From contig CM082595.2 in the NCBI GenBank assembly GCA_040954595.2, positions 2,465,943 to 2,529,942 on the forward strand: DNA of 64,000 nucleotides, given 5' to 3'. The stretch comes from Balanoglossus misakiensis. Taxonomy: Eukaryota > Animalia > Hemichordata. The position numbers were made by a program, and so were the translations under genes. The notes beneath the pieces are model-generated. The model worked only from the letters and a program-made list of their open reading frames with translations. It was not told the DNA's origin and did not search any database. Positions 48,653 to 62,680 of the stretch are shown here, one piece after another. Position 1 is the stretch's first letter; each line of letters begins with the position of its first letter.

Positions 48653-50141
48653 TAGAGGCAACCAAACTACCTGCAGTTTAAACTGAACGGTAGTAGTTTT
48701 CGTGTGTGTTTGCACTAAGTTTGAAGTTTTGTCTAACAATTATTTTCACTGAATACAATTAAGTTATATATCTAAAATAAATTATGTTCTATAAACACCG
48801 TCTATATATTTCTACTTGTAAATCTTTGGCCAATTAACCTTATTTTTACCCAAATATTCCCCACAATTCATATTCTACGTGTTGTTGGTTTGGGCGTGGC
48901 CGTTAAATTAGTAAAACCAGTTTTTAGGAGTTTTGTCGGTAGAGGGCGCGCGCCAAATGCGTGCCTATGGGAGGATCGCGATGTCGTCTGCTAGCTGCTG
49001 TACCCCCTGTTGGAATTTGGTTTCTATTTATCCAATTTTGTGTGAATCGCTGCTGGATTTATGGATACTAAAGAAGAGCAGAGGAATGTGGTTAAATATC
49101 CCTGGATATGTGTGCTTTCCGGCGGAAAAATCCCAAGATACAGAAGCGCGCATTGGCAGATGTACCCGGTCCGGGAGATGTACGTGTCGTGAAGTAAGTT
49201 GGTCGCCTACATTACTAATCTTGGGTATTTTCTGGACATTTTGAAGGAGGGTACGGTGTGTGGTCCTTCATCGAGTCATTCTGTACCGACATTATTTGAC
49301 CATTTAGTATTTACAAACACAAACAGCTACCAGGAGGTCGGTTAAATACCGTCGCCGTAGCAAAGAGGAGGGGGGTACAGGACCTGTACTGTGTACCTGT
49401 GCATGTGGCGTGGTGTGATTTTAGAGCCGTATGGTCATACGTCGTACACGCATATATATAAGGGAGATCTAGTAGCATGAGCACACGTCTCGTTCCGTGA
49501 TTTCAGGTAATTTTTCAGTTGTCGACGCGAAATTTCGTCTGTTGTAGAGAACGATATGCGCGATGTGGAATATACGAGTATGCAAATTTTATCTCCAAAG
49601 TGCGCCATCTTGAGTACATATTGCCAGTGCCTTTCGAACCTGAGAAAGGTCAAGTGGCAATATTTTCAATCCCTGGTTCTCGCATAAGTTCTTGTAGACA
49701 TCGACGATATACAGTGGAAAGCCTTTGTTTTCCATTGAAATATTTATCAAGTTAATCCACTTGCTTTTAATAAAGGGTCAAACTCCTGTTATTGCAGAAC
49801 CTGGTCATGTAATGTACAGGACATCATTATAACCAGATGTTGATTTCTGATTGATACTTCTCACGTCAAAATATAGAGAATCACTCTTTATTTCCCCACA
49901 TAATTTATACAACTATTATCTAATCAGGTTACATTCAACGTTTGAGAGTTTCGGCTATTCTGCCATCCAGCCAGTTTACCTTCCAGTAACTGTACACTAG
50001 CAATAGCAATGTACAAGCGCAAGTTTGCCTTCTGAAATTTGGTTGCTTTGGGTGCTAGCACACATTGTCGTGAGATACACAAAGCTATGCTACTATACTC
50101 TCTCACATATAAAACATTAACAACACATCAATATTCATGGC

Positions 50142-53100
50142 TTATGCCTCTGGGTCATCCTTTCCAAGCAGAGGTTGTTTTTCTTCCGGTGGGTCGGGAA
50201 TCTCGTACACCACAAGCACGGCAGAGCAAATCGCAGCAATGAACGCAGCACCAGAACCGAAGAGGACAATGACGAGATGAGAACCGGTTGCTTTGATCAC
50301 CACACCTAGTAACGCAGAGACGAGAATCTGAGCTAGAAATATCTGACAGCTGAGTGAGGAGATGTCTGTTGCCAGGCCACGGGCACCATTACCAGATGAA
50401 TACACGTACTGTGGATAAATAAACAAGGATATTGTATCATGCATATTGGTCGAAAAATGAAATTTCTGAGGCAACTGATCTACTTTGTGAGTTTATACCA
50501 ACTACAGTCAAACCTGTGTTAGTGGCCACCTCTGTATACTGGTATATAGTGGCCACTTTGTTACAGTCCCAGTGCAATTCACATGTGCATTAATTGACCT
50601 GTCTATAAAGGCCAGTTTAGGAGAGTTCCTTGACTGGCCACTATACACAGGTTGACTGTATTTCCAAAGTATGGGTGGAACCATGCATGATGTAAGGTGG
50701 TGAAAGAGTAACGAACTTATGACAAGACACAAAGACGTTACCAGTGAATACTTACAGAATCACTGTCATGGAATTCAGCAACAATAGAAAACGGCAGTGT
50801 TGTGATCGTAGTGAACATCACACCAAAGAACGGACACAATCCCAGTATCACGTAGATGTTGTCTTTAAATATCGCCATCAATCCAACAGCCACAGCATAT
50901 AGAAGCTGTCCGCAGACATAGGCTGTACGTTGACTAATGCAATCAAGAAGACGATCAAATATCACTGGTAGAAAACAGAAAAAGATTATTATAGTAAAAC
51001 CTGTCAAAACTGAACCCTGTCAGGTCAAATGCTGAGGTCAGTCTGGCATTTTAATGTGTGACAAGCTATCAGTATAGTTACATCTGTGTATACCATTAAT
51101 AGCATAACACTGACATTTAAAACAAAACACCAGCTGTTACACATGACAGAGTGAAACTCCCTCCAAAGATAAACAATCCTAGATATACGCTGCATGTATA
51201 TATTTGTTTAAATTACCGTGGCAGCGATAACTGTCTTTCATCCCCATTTCCCACATTAGAGGTCCAACCTTACCATAGAAAACACTGGGTTTGGACCAAA
51301 CCATGGTGGTCAAAGGGTTAAACACTTACAGGAATAGACAGCTGCAGAGAATGCATAGATGCAAAGTCCCCAACATCCCATCTTAACTCCATCATCATAC
51401 AACTCTCTTTGGGTGCTGTTAACAGGTGCCTTGGGGTCTCCTATCAAACAAAGGCAAAACAAAACCTGACTGGTTAGATATTATGCACTTACTGTATTTG
51501 TCAAGTCCAATTTTCAAAGTCTAGATATAGTGGTAACTGCCTCCAGCAATCGAGAAGGATGAAGAAGTCTGCAACTGTCTGCAGAATCTGTTGAAGAGCC
51601 ACCTACCTTCATACACCACCTGTCCCACATAATCAGTGAAAAACAGCAACACAGTGACGAACGAAAACCAACCCATGAAGTGGTTAATACAGAGACGTCT
51701 CAGGGCACTGGGCATCACGATGATCGACTTGATCAACTCGAGTGTCGACGCTGGTTCATCGCTAGACAGAGAACTTGAACTTGAACGTGATATAGAATTC
51801 AGCTTTGACATCCCTCCTGGTTGTGTGGACCTCCCTGCTGCAAAATCCTGCAAGCTTGTGACCGACCTCTCTAATTCCGTGACTGTATTCTCGATGGTTT
51901 TGACTGATCTCTCCATGTTGGCGACGGACGTTTCTACCTTGACGACCGCTCGCGCAACGCTTTCGGGGACGTGTGTATCGAAATCGGAAGACGTGACTGG
52001 AGGATAGCGCATTCTCTCGCTCGTAAACTTGAACTCTGTGTCGCTGTCGGTGTCTGTTATATACACTGAAGGTGGAGATGGCGAGGAAAAGCAGCTGCCA
52101 TAGGATTGGCTGTTGAGGTGATCACGGGGCGAACTTCTGCCGCGGATCTGCACGGACAAACTCGCTGGCAGGGCGTTGCGATTACCATCACCCTCATGTA
52201 CCAGCAGCGCCCGCTTCTCCTCAACTTTGACCTCCAGGTCATCCTTGGACCCGAACTTCAACGGTTCTTCCTTGATGCTGCTCAGCGTCAGAAGAAGGGT
52301 CAATAAGAAGACGGCGAAGTTGAAGATGTAGACCACACGGAGGTGACCACCGACCAGTTTGCCAATTTCTGTGTCTTCCCAGTTGATACCCGTCATTATG
52401 TAACCAAAGCCTCCTCCAAGACCTATGGAGAAAACCAATAAAAAGTGTGAGGTGTGCCGCCCAAGTTGATCAAAATAGTTAGCAGTACATGTTCATGAAT
52501 GTAAAAGAGAACATTGGAAGATTGTTTGCATTTTATGTTGTAAGTTACAAAATACAGCTGATTACCAATTTAATATCTGAAATTTTTACTACCACAATCT
52601 CTATTCAAGGTCTTTGGTAAACGTTAAGTACCCCCCTCATCTAGTATATTATTGGCATAGTGATAGATATCTAAACGACTGAAGCCATGCTCAAACAGTT
52701 GAGGTAATCACGTTCTTCTGAATGCTGTACATGCTGTACATGATAGGAATGACAACGACAACTACTGAATTCAGACCCATTGTAATTTTCTTGAATGTCT
52801 GCTGCACAGCGAATGTAGGGTCATTGACATGACCTTTCACCCCAGGGTCAGAGAATTTAAATCGCATCCTCTGCTGTCTGCATGACGGATTACAAAACCT
52901 ATCCCAGTGGAATCTAAACGACATGCCATTCCTCGTGTACTGTAACACACATATAAATCTTAACAGGAGATTGATTGAATACAAATGCCTTGCTGTCTGC
53001 AGTTGTACAGTTGGGACTGCATTGTGCTGTGTACAGCAACAAGAAATTTAATGTATCTCACATACAGTGTAGCCGTGAGATCGCTAAATTGATATGAGAC

Positions 53101-54198
53101 AGTATCATGCATGAATGATAATTCCTTATATACCTCCAAGCATAGCATGGATGTTTAAACCTTTCTCAAGATCCTCTGAGTTGCAGACATCGATCATGAA
53201 TGCTCTTGTCGGACCATCAACAGAATCGGCGCAGAAGTCCAGAATGATCACTCCAGCCACTGTCAGTACAAGACTGGCAATATTATCTGTAAATGACAAG
53301 CATGTTACGTTGGTGTCGGTTGTGATTTTGTAATAATTTGCAGATGTAAAATAATGTTTGAAATGTACCAAATATGAAATTCTGACTTACTGGTACTTCC
53401 AGTGGTGTCCGTGACAGCTCTGCCAATGTCATCCCCATTTAAGAGCAAAGTCAGCCCTATCAACGCTCCAATGCACAGACCAAGAATAAACGGTCGGCGC
53501 TGACCCCAGAAACAGGTGCAGCGGTCACTCTTGGAACCAATCAGGGGCTGGCATATAACTCCGAGGATGGGACTCACCAACCAGGTCAAACTGTAGAGCT
53601 CATTTGGAAGGCCAATACGCAGCAATATGGGTGTCACCAAGGCTGTTTCCGTGGCATAACAGACTTCTATTCCGAAAGCAACGGCGTTATTACGTAAAAG
53701 CTGACACAACGATCGTTTCGGAGGTTCATCATCATCATCCTCACTTTCGCTACTTTCATCATCACCATCATCCCCGCCGATATGCTCCTCCACAGACGAT
53801 TCATCCTCTTGCTCCGATATCATAGGAGTCTTCGGTGACCTGTCAGTAAGCGGTGGTCGAAGATGCGTACTTGTTGATACGGACGGTCTCTCCAACGATC
53901 TGCATCTCCGTTTCCGGTCAAACGACCTGATCTTCCTTTCCCTTCCTCGAGGTGCGAACACAGGAATCTTGACTTCCCCGGTTGGGGTCTTGGACCGGAA
54001 AACTGCATTCTTGACTGACTTATGCCCTATGGACACGGATAAAGAGTGTTTCCTTTTGTTTCTCTTATCTCCAGGAATATGCAGTGTTCTCGGTCGCACT
54101 GACCTCTTCTCCCGCCCCTCGGGATTCGACAATGACCTCTCTAAACGAGGTCTTTCTGATCTTACAGTTATAACGTCATCATCATCGTCTGTATCCAT
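50142..54198 (-). CDS. SLC45-family (MFS) transporter, SLC45A1/A4-like
   Basis: Exons 54198-53391, 53286-53134, 52422-51607, 51440-51330, 50964-50756 and 50408-50142. Motifs [82 protein letters not shown]. Confidence 0.92.
50505..50658. mobile_element. Tc1/mariner (pogo/Tigger-like) MITE
   Basis: TA-CAGTCAAACCTGTG..AGTGGCCA ... TGGCCACT..CACAGGTTGACTG-TA: terminal inverted repeats with TA target-site duplication, in the last SLC45 intron. Confidence 0.75.
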
Positions 54199-55296
54199 GG
54201 CACCCTGACAGCAAAGTAACCAACCATGAAGGCAAACAATGAGTTCCAACTGCTGAAAACTTTTGCTAAACGGCGAGAAAATACAAAAATGTTATTTATA
54301 ATAAATAATCCTTATGAAGCATATTGAAAAATGACATTTAAACAGGACACCCGATTACCGGTGTACCTGCAGAAGGTACTGTATTCTGATTGGCTATTAG
54401 GTCAATGTGTGTCAGTTATATGCAAATGTAGTGCACAGAACATAAACACTGAGTTGTTTCAGCACTGTTTTAATATGATCAGCTTATTCAGAATTCCCTT
54501 ATTGTGTGCATATGATGCCAATCGAGTGAGTCAATGGTGCACATCCGTGACATGAACGACTTATTGACTGTAATATGCTAAATATACACGATCACCATTC
54601 AGTGCCTGTGAGTGGTGTTCGGTTATGCAAGTGCATCATCTGTACGCGAAATGAATTACAGCTACGCTAAGTGTGATCTCATTGCAAATGGTCATCATAT
54701 GAAGTCTTGTGTACACGGCTGAAAAAGTGGGTTTCCTCGCTAAGGTTATTTATTACACTGAGTGGCGCAGTCAGCTCAGGGTGGCGATCGGTGTCACGTT
54801 CACGAGTGACGACGCGATCGATGACTCGTGGCTGTCAACTCGCCTTCGATCGTGTTTATATCACCAGCTGACACTGACAGCGAATGATCGGGAAATCTAC
54901 ATGATAATCAAACGAGTTCTGCTTCCCTGAAAGACGGGTTTTCGTATATATCTTACCTTTTCTTGATCAAAATATCACTCCGGCAGCTGCGATCGTACTT
55001 TCTATGCGTGTATATAACCTTTCCTAAAAGGTCATCGACATCCTTTAGGTGATTGCCAAAAATCAGTGGCATCCCTAAGTCACTAGGAATTCTCGTGAAA
55101 GCGTCTTCCACGCATTTTCACTTGAGTATGATGTAAAAAATATTTAAAAAATATCATAATGTGTCAGAGAAAAATATCCTATGTCTGTAGGTTATTTAAC
55201 TCTGTCCCAACATGTACGTCAAACGTTGCCTGGCGACCAGAAGATGTTGTTGACCCAAGTGGAAAATTTATCAATCATTCCATTAACAAAAATATA

Positions 55297-55385
55297 TACC
55301 CTTGGCGGGACTCGAACCCGCAATCTTCGGTTTTCTGTGACACTTGCTTAGGAGACCGACGCCTTATCCATTAGGCCACAAGGGC
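55297..55385 (-). tRNA. tRNA-Arg(CCT) with 16-nt intron (55333-55348)
   Basis: Minus strand: GCCCTTG TGGCCTAATGGATAAGGC G TCGGT CT-CCT-A [AGCAAGTGTCACAGAA] A ACCGA AGATT GCGGG TTCGAGT CCCGC CAAGGGT A. TTTTT terminator at 55288-55292. Confidence 0.93.
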
Positions 55386-56177
55386 GACACATAAGGGTGA
55401 GAAATGGTGTGGTCATTTGAGTCAATTTTGATTGTGAAAGAAGTTGTCTATTGTTAAAATGTTTCATCTGTTTTTGAGACGTTCTTGGAAGTTCAAAGAT
55501 GACAAAATAGTTTTATTCCCAATAATTTATTGCGTAGAAGCTAAAATTACACACGATTATTTATCAAACAAAGCACCAAAGCTGTTCGTCTCTGCTGTAC
55601 TTTTTCTAGTGTACTTTCGACGCTATTTTCATATCATCTAATAATGCAGACTTTTGCATTTTTGTCTCTCTTAAAGTTTCCGTCAGTTTCAGTCCACATA
55701 TCATCTTCCTCGTTTTAGTTCCAATATAACTCTACAGACGACGATAGACCAAAAAGTCATAGAAAATTTGAGCTCTTCAGAAAAACGCTCACAAACATCA
55801 AACCAGAAATGTTCAAAAAGTACAAAATACATATAAAATGCACTTATAAAATTACACTTTCTCACATAACAACAAGCAGTAAAGTTACGGTGGATATTAT
55901 AGTGTATATGTCAAAAAGTTAATTCTTCTCGCGTAGTAGTTCATAGCATTTTAAAAAATCATACATTTTAAATTCTTCCACTACAATGTTAACATTATTA
56001 AAAGAACGGAAAAATATTGAAAAAGTTAAACATATCAGAATGTGTCCAAAATATCATAAATTATATTCTGTTATAAATCTAATAAATCTAGAGTTCGTCC
56101 TTCCCAGAAGTCTGTGCACAACACAGCAGTCCGGTGGGGTATACCATTTGGAAGAGGGGTGGGTAGGATGTCAACAC

Positions 56178-59100
56178 TCAAAAGACGGTACATTTCTGCT
56201 CGGGGTTCATTGGGGATCCAGCGCTGCAGTTGAACACTTGCGCGAACTCTTCATACTGGCTGGTGGTCCCCCTAAGTCTACAGGTGTGGTAAGAGAAAAT
56301 GCAAATTAGATGAATGCGTAGGAGAAAGACGCAATGAAAAAGACACACGTTGCAATACGATGTCCCCCAGGAAGTCGACAAATCTAAAACGCGAGTTGCT
56401 TACCTGAAAGGTTCTGGAGAATGATCGTCAGAAATTAGCTGAATCTTCGAGTTTTCAAGTCGCCGATTTTTACACCATGTCTGCAAAGAAAACACAAAGA
56501 ACTGCTAAGTAAGATTCTTCAATATAATTATTCAATGTACTTGTAACTCATATGTGACTTTCAAAATAACGTCTAGGCCTAATTCCTTAAATTATACGAA
56601 ACCCACCTGACCAAGTGCTATGAAGAAAAGTTGGTCGTTTGACTTTCCAAGTCCCGGAAGTAAAGGTTCTTCACCCTTCTCTTTCACCAGAATCTTGTAT
56701 GCCTAATAGCCAATCACAGTGAGCGAATATGAGCATTTGTGGGCGTTACATATACCATGAGCCAATCACTGTGGTTATACCAATATTTGCATATTATATG
56801 CACAGTATTTACTTTTTCTGGTGACATACATTTTCAGCAGTCTCTTTACAAAGGGGTGGGACCAACAGTATATATCAGGTTCTGGTAAAAACAAACAAAC
56901 ATGGATCGTCAAAAATGTTGACATCACTCACATTGTATGCGTGTTTCACGGCACCTAAGTCAGCAATATTCTCGGACTGGGTGAATTCGCCGTTCACCTG
57001 GAAGAAAAGAAAACCAGACGAGAAATCTCGAGGTCGTTTAACAAATTCTACAACAATAAGAACGCTTTTGCGATCGCCCAACTTCAGGTCTATAATGTTC
57101 AACAATTCTGTCTGAAAAGTGAAATCTTACATTCATATTGGTTCCTTCCACTTCATAGCTGTTATACAAGTCGACAACACACTGAGCTCGATCTTCAAAA
57201 TTTGTTGTAGAATCTTCCGACCACCAGGGGGCGACGTTTCCGTGTTTGTTAAAAAGTCGTCCTGAGGAATTAGACAAGAAGTACATAAGTACTTGCACTA
57301 TACGCCATGAAAACGTTTGATGGTACAGAGAATTTGAGATTTTGGACAATCGCGAGGACTACTCACCTTCAGTATCAAATCCGTGCGTCAGTTCGTGGCC
57401 AACTATATTTCCTATTCCGCCATAATTGAGCACACTGCAAAACAGAAAGTAAACAGTAAAAATTCAGCGTGTCATTGAGAGGAATGGTGGCTTCAAGGAG
57501 GTGACCTTGGCAACAGAAGAGCGTACTTACTCTGGATATTCACTGTCGAAAATTGGCTCCTGCAGAATCGCAGCTAGCATAACTGGAATGAAATATCGTG
57601 ATAGTAAAAACAAAAGTATACGGCATTTAAGGACTGTGAGGGCGGTTTACATTAAATAGAACCATATTCATGTAGTCACAACTTGTGTCTTTCAGCAAAT
57701 GTGTCTCTGTGTCTACAATTCTTACCCATGTCATTCCTTGCTGGAGAATAATAAGCATTCACTGTTTGAGGTGTAGCTATCCATCTGAAAAAAATATCGA
57801 CAAAAATGATGACGTCGAATGATCATTGGAAAAGTCCCATCTTGTTACTTGTATACATGTATTTGTATATTTTTAAGTTTAGTCATCCACCTCAGCAAAG
57901 ACTATCAGATTGCTATTACTGTACTCACTCGTTTTTGTCCACGTTTTTGGGTATCTTGTAGATCATGGTGTTGAAGGAAGCCTTCGCTAGGTTCGCAACA
58001 CTCTGGAAGAAGTTGGACGGATCCACTTCATACTGAAAAGAATGTGAGTATTAGTAGTACAAATAACGTTAAATTAACAATCCTGGCGTTATTCAGGCGT
58101 TGCCTGTTTGTGCTTGGTCTCCCGAGTTTGGTCAAGGTAGCAACAATTTTATTGGGGAAAGGAGCTTACCTCTTCATATTTCTTATCAAGTTTTACAGGA
58201 TCAAGAATATAATCTGGATAACCCACTTTCACTCTAATGGCGTCAACCTGTTTACGAGAACATGAAAAGGTATTTTCAAAAGTTCTGTTGTTTCTCTTTC
58301 ATTCTATACGATGTTGTGTTAATGTTTCAAAACAGTTCAACTTTTTAACTATTTATTTTGTGAACTTCAGTGTGAGAGAAAGTACGATGTAAGGGTCTCA
58401 CCTTTTCCATGGCAACCTGTCTTGTGTCTTCACTCATCCAATCAAGATTGCTCAAAGAATGTTCTTTAAATGCAGCTTTTATCCTTGTTATGACTTCAGT
58501 TACCTGTCACATTACACATATAAAAAGTTTAAAAATTGCAAAATTGCCAAGTTTCTATCCATATGTCTGTTTATTCTCATATGCTGTGATAATCACGAAT
58601 AGTTTTCAATTGCGAGCATTTAAAATGTACTTGTTATAATAAGATGTCACACTGACACTTGCGCAGTAAGTGCCTGCAACCCACCCTCAGCGCCCAGACA
58701 TACCTTTTCTATCGATTCCGCACCAAACGCCTGTCTTGAATACATCGCCCCCACCGCCATACCCAACAGTTCGCTCGTTATTTCGTAACAGTCGTACCAG
58801 AGTTCCTGCGCCGTCGGCGTTCCCATCAACGCCGTGAACACCTTGGCGCGTTCGTCGTGCATTTCGAGGGTTGTCGTGGCGATAGAGGTCGCCACAAAAC
58901 GCCATAACATGTAGTTGTGGACGGTTCTGTATAAAAGATGATAACACGAATTGTTATAATAATATCGATTTCTCATATAGCGCATACGATGATGTACACC
59001 TCAACGCGCTTTATCAATTACTTATGCAAATTTATATTTCAGTCTTACCTGTGATCACTTCGCTCCAGGAGACTTGACAGATTCCTCAGGAACGATGTTG

Positions 59101-62100
59101 CAAAGAGTATGATTTCTTCGTTTTCTGTTGTGATGAACGGCGATCTGACAACGGACTTGAGTATGGCCAACCAATCAAGCTATAGGAAAAGTTGAAAGGT
59201 AAGAGGTTGTTATACCTCTGTATTCATCATCATCTCGTAAGGGTTACCCATTATGTTTTGCAACCAGAAACATAATGGCTGCGCGTCGTTCAAGTTGCAC
59301 GAATGAAATGTTTCTGCAACTGGGAACGAGAGGCAAAGCAACGTTTCTCACTAGAGGCAAAGTGACGTATTGTCAAAATGATGGCGCTTCTGTCCCGATT
59401 TGAAAATACAAGTAATGGAAATATCCTCTGAGATCAAAGTTCGCATATTGGTCGCACGTTCTTGCCGTATGAGTCACAATTGCGTCGCGTGGGTTGTCTG
59501 AAATCATGACACCCTGTCATAACAGAAGTAAATGTTTTCACAGTATGGTTAATACGTATAGCACGTTGGTGTGGGTTTATTCAGTTACCTGTGGTAGAAT
59601 CTCTTGAAGATCTCTGACTGTGGCGTTGTTGTAAAGTTCTAAGATATCTTGTCTTTCACTGTCAGGGACGATAATCTGTAATAATAAATTAAGACGGTTT
59701 GTTTGAGACACTTTGGCATAATTCAGTTTTTTAATATTCCAATGTTCTGTGGAATATCATTATTGTATTGGTAAATAGCCCCAGGTATATCTTACCTTAG
59801 CAAGTTCAACTTCAAATGCCCAAACCGATTCGACGATTTCTGTCAGTTGGGGTTCTTCAACGCCAAGTTCAGTCAGTGCCACTCTCATGAAGTTCAGGTA
59901 GAGAATGATGACCTGGAATTGTAAGAACCCAAAATTAAGTAATTGTACCCAGCAAATGATGGTTTGATTCTTTCAAAGGGAGGAAATTACCTCCAATTGG
60001 CCTCGCTGTGTGTGTGGAAAATTGACAGGAAAAACACTCTGTGAGCACTCTATGACCTGTGACCTTCAGTGTCACTCTAAGGTCAAGTGACCTGGAATTT
60101 ATCGCGAAGGAACCGCGAATTCGCTGGATGTAGGCGCATACCGCAGCATCGCTGGCTAGCTGTGTTGCCGAGGCAACCACGTAGCTGTCTGCGCTAATTG
60201 CCTAATTACAGCGGAAACGAAGGGCGTTGGCCTCGTTTCCACGGCAACTTCCGAGAATATCAGTGGAGCGTGAAGAAAGGTACATAATGTGTGGTTTGCT
60301 AATGGAGGAAATAGAAACTTTCCTCCTTGTGTAAGCTCAGCTGGCATCTGGTTGTGTAAGTTTACAAAACTTGATTTAATTTTGGACATCGTCTGAATCT
60401 CACGGGTCATGATTTCGACCTTCAATCACCGCCTCACCCATAGACTACTGGAATACCAGAATAAACGGATGTTCGCTGACGAAAATTATTTTTTGTCAAG
60501 GCTGACGGCCAATTGCCCCCCCCCCCCCCTCCGCCCCCACACTCCCAACGTATAGTAGTAGGGGTTTTTACTAGTTTTCTTCGCACAGCTGTTGTGCGCA
60601 GGCGTCCCGAAGTTTTACACCACGCTAACTACCGGAGTATTATCATATAGCCACCTTTGACATGGTCTTCAAAGCAGAGATGTCGACACACAGGCAAATA
60701 TCATATTTCTTGTCCCTGAAGTAACGACTTAATTAGTCGTCGGGAGAAGAAATCTGTTCGTGAGGCTTGGTGGAATGAAGTCACGGAGACACTCCGTAAT
60801 ATCTTTTTCTTGTGGTGTGATATGTTACATCACGTTACTCTGCTCGTGATTTGTTTGATATTTTATTGGTATGACACATTGATACACGAAATGTCTGCGT
60901 AAATTAGAGTACAAGAGAAAATATATGCCTTTAACCTCACCCCATCCCCTAACCCCAGATGGCCACCAAGGTTCAGCTTTGTAGAAAGACTGGACAGTTC
61001 GTTATGTTTAGTGGAAACAACACGTAAGGAAAGGTTGAAAGTGATAGCTGAATGTGAATCTCGTGGCAATCATGCCCCAAGGTGTGTTGAATCGCTAAAT
61101 AAGATGTCAGTTCTGATATACCATAAACTTTGACAGTGTCATGAGAGAGAACCGGTACTCTAGTCTCCATCTTGCTTTTAAACAGCGCAAACTGATATTG
61201 GCCGGCTAAAACCCACTAGAGGTTTCTCTTGGCATCTGTTTTACACGAGAGGGTCTAATGCACGGTGTTCGCACGTTTTCTTTTGCCTTTTACATGTGGT
61301 TTTGATTTTTGGACCAGAAGCGCCGGTGCTACACGCAGACAGACTTCAAGTTTCATTCGACTGGGAAGAGTTTTCGCGATTCCTGCGTCATCTGTGCTCT
61401 GTCGGCGAGCAATGTTGTGAAACTTTGTTGCATCTGCGGGCTGCAGCTGTGCGGAGTATTACAATCAAACATTTCATGCGAGCTCCTCAGAGCGATTTTT
61501 GATGACTTGTAGAACGAGAAATGATATCTTTATAGAAACACGACCAACAGGTCAGAGGTTATCGTGAGCTTAGCCAGAATGACGTATGCCTGTGAAGTAT
61601 TAAAAACATGCTTTAGATGGATTTCAAGTTGGAATGTGTTTGCTTTTCCAACTTATTTCGTATAATTTGAATTTGTCTGAAAGAGAAAACATCAATGATG
61701 CAACATATGGGAAGTTATTAGAGTTCTTACCTTGTCGTCAACGTCGCGCAGATAAAAACTTCGATCACGAAGTGTCACCGGCGGCTGATCGAGCTAAAAT
61801 GAAGGAAACGAAAAAGTTACGGCCAAAAGGTTGTTCAAATTAAAACTTACTCGTGAAAGTTTGCAAATTAATAAAAAAAAACAACTTTATTTTGATTCGT
61901 GATATTAAATGAACGATTCTTTGTGGCTGAGAGCAGTAAAAGAGAACCCAAAACTTCACTTACCCACAAAATGTACCGATTTGAATCGTAAATGTCTATT
62001 TTTACTGAAAGCGAAACTAACGATCTAATATAGTGGTTTTTGAGTAATTCAGAAAAAGTGTTGTCCAGGTCAACGGTCCCTGGGCTCCATCCTCCCAGTG

Positions 62101-62680
62101 AAGTGATGATGTCGATTATTGGAGTAACACCATTTAGATCCCGTCTGTTTGTGTCCATACATGCTTGGTATAGTTGCAGACTTTTCTTTTCTGCCTGGCT
62201 GGTCACGCTATCCGGCGATTTCTCCATGATTGATCTTAATAAGAGTTTATTCCTCTCGGCGATCATGTCAACGATACCGTAGGCTGACTTGTCGGCGGGG
62301 ATCGGGTTTCTCTGCAGCCAACCCCCGCAAGAGTACCCGTAGAAGTCCTGGCACGGGTCGACCGTCTCGTCGATGCCTTCCATGATGCGAGCGGCGGCCT
62401 CGACGCAAGTTCTGCTGGTGCATGTCCCCGGGTCTCGTACCCCCGAGCCATCTTGCCGGTTGAAGAAGAACCCGCACAGAACCCCGGCGATGATCAAAAG
62501 CACGGCGATTATGATCACCAAGCCAACAGCTAGACAGCAGCGATCGCTCTTGATGCTGGACGAGTCTTTATGATGTACCCCTTCGCCGCCTTTGTTCGCC
62601 GGATCGACTGTTTCCACAACAATTTCGCTGGGATCGCTCGCCGCGTTCGTACCGTCAGTTTTATCCTCCAACTCCATCAT
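56178..62680 (-). CDS. M13 zinc metallopeptidase (neprilysin / endothelin-converting-enzyme-like), type II membrane protein
   Basis: Exons 62680-61964, 61793-61731, 59912-59796, 59675-59589, 59179-59049, 58926-58704, 58503-58402, 58247-58170, 58032-57929, 57784-57726, 57582-57531, 57434-57367, 57261-57131, 56997-56932, 56702-56607, 56480-56404 and 56277-56178. Motifs: TM, DPCQDFYGYSCGGW, VNAYY, GHELTHGFD, ENIAD, HSP, MNPEQKC. Start codon is uncertain. Confidence 0.93.

Noticed and set aside
18859-48950. CTCF-like GC cores at ~18860, ~23251, ~36121 and ~48938, each between genes
   Set aside because: Only partial consensus matches by eye; cannot be supported without PWM scoring or ChIP.
16182-55385. 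Functional link between the two AGR-decoding tRNAs and the Arg-rich ORF at 38275-40056
   Set aside because: tRNAs act in trans; physical proximity offers no mechanism.
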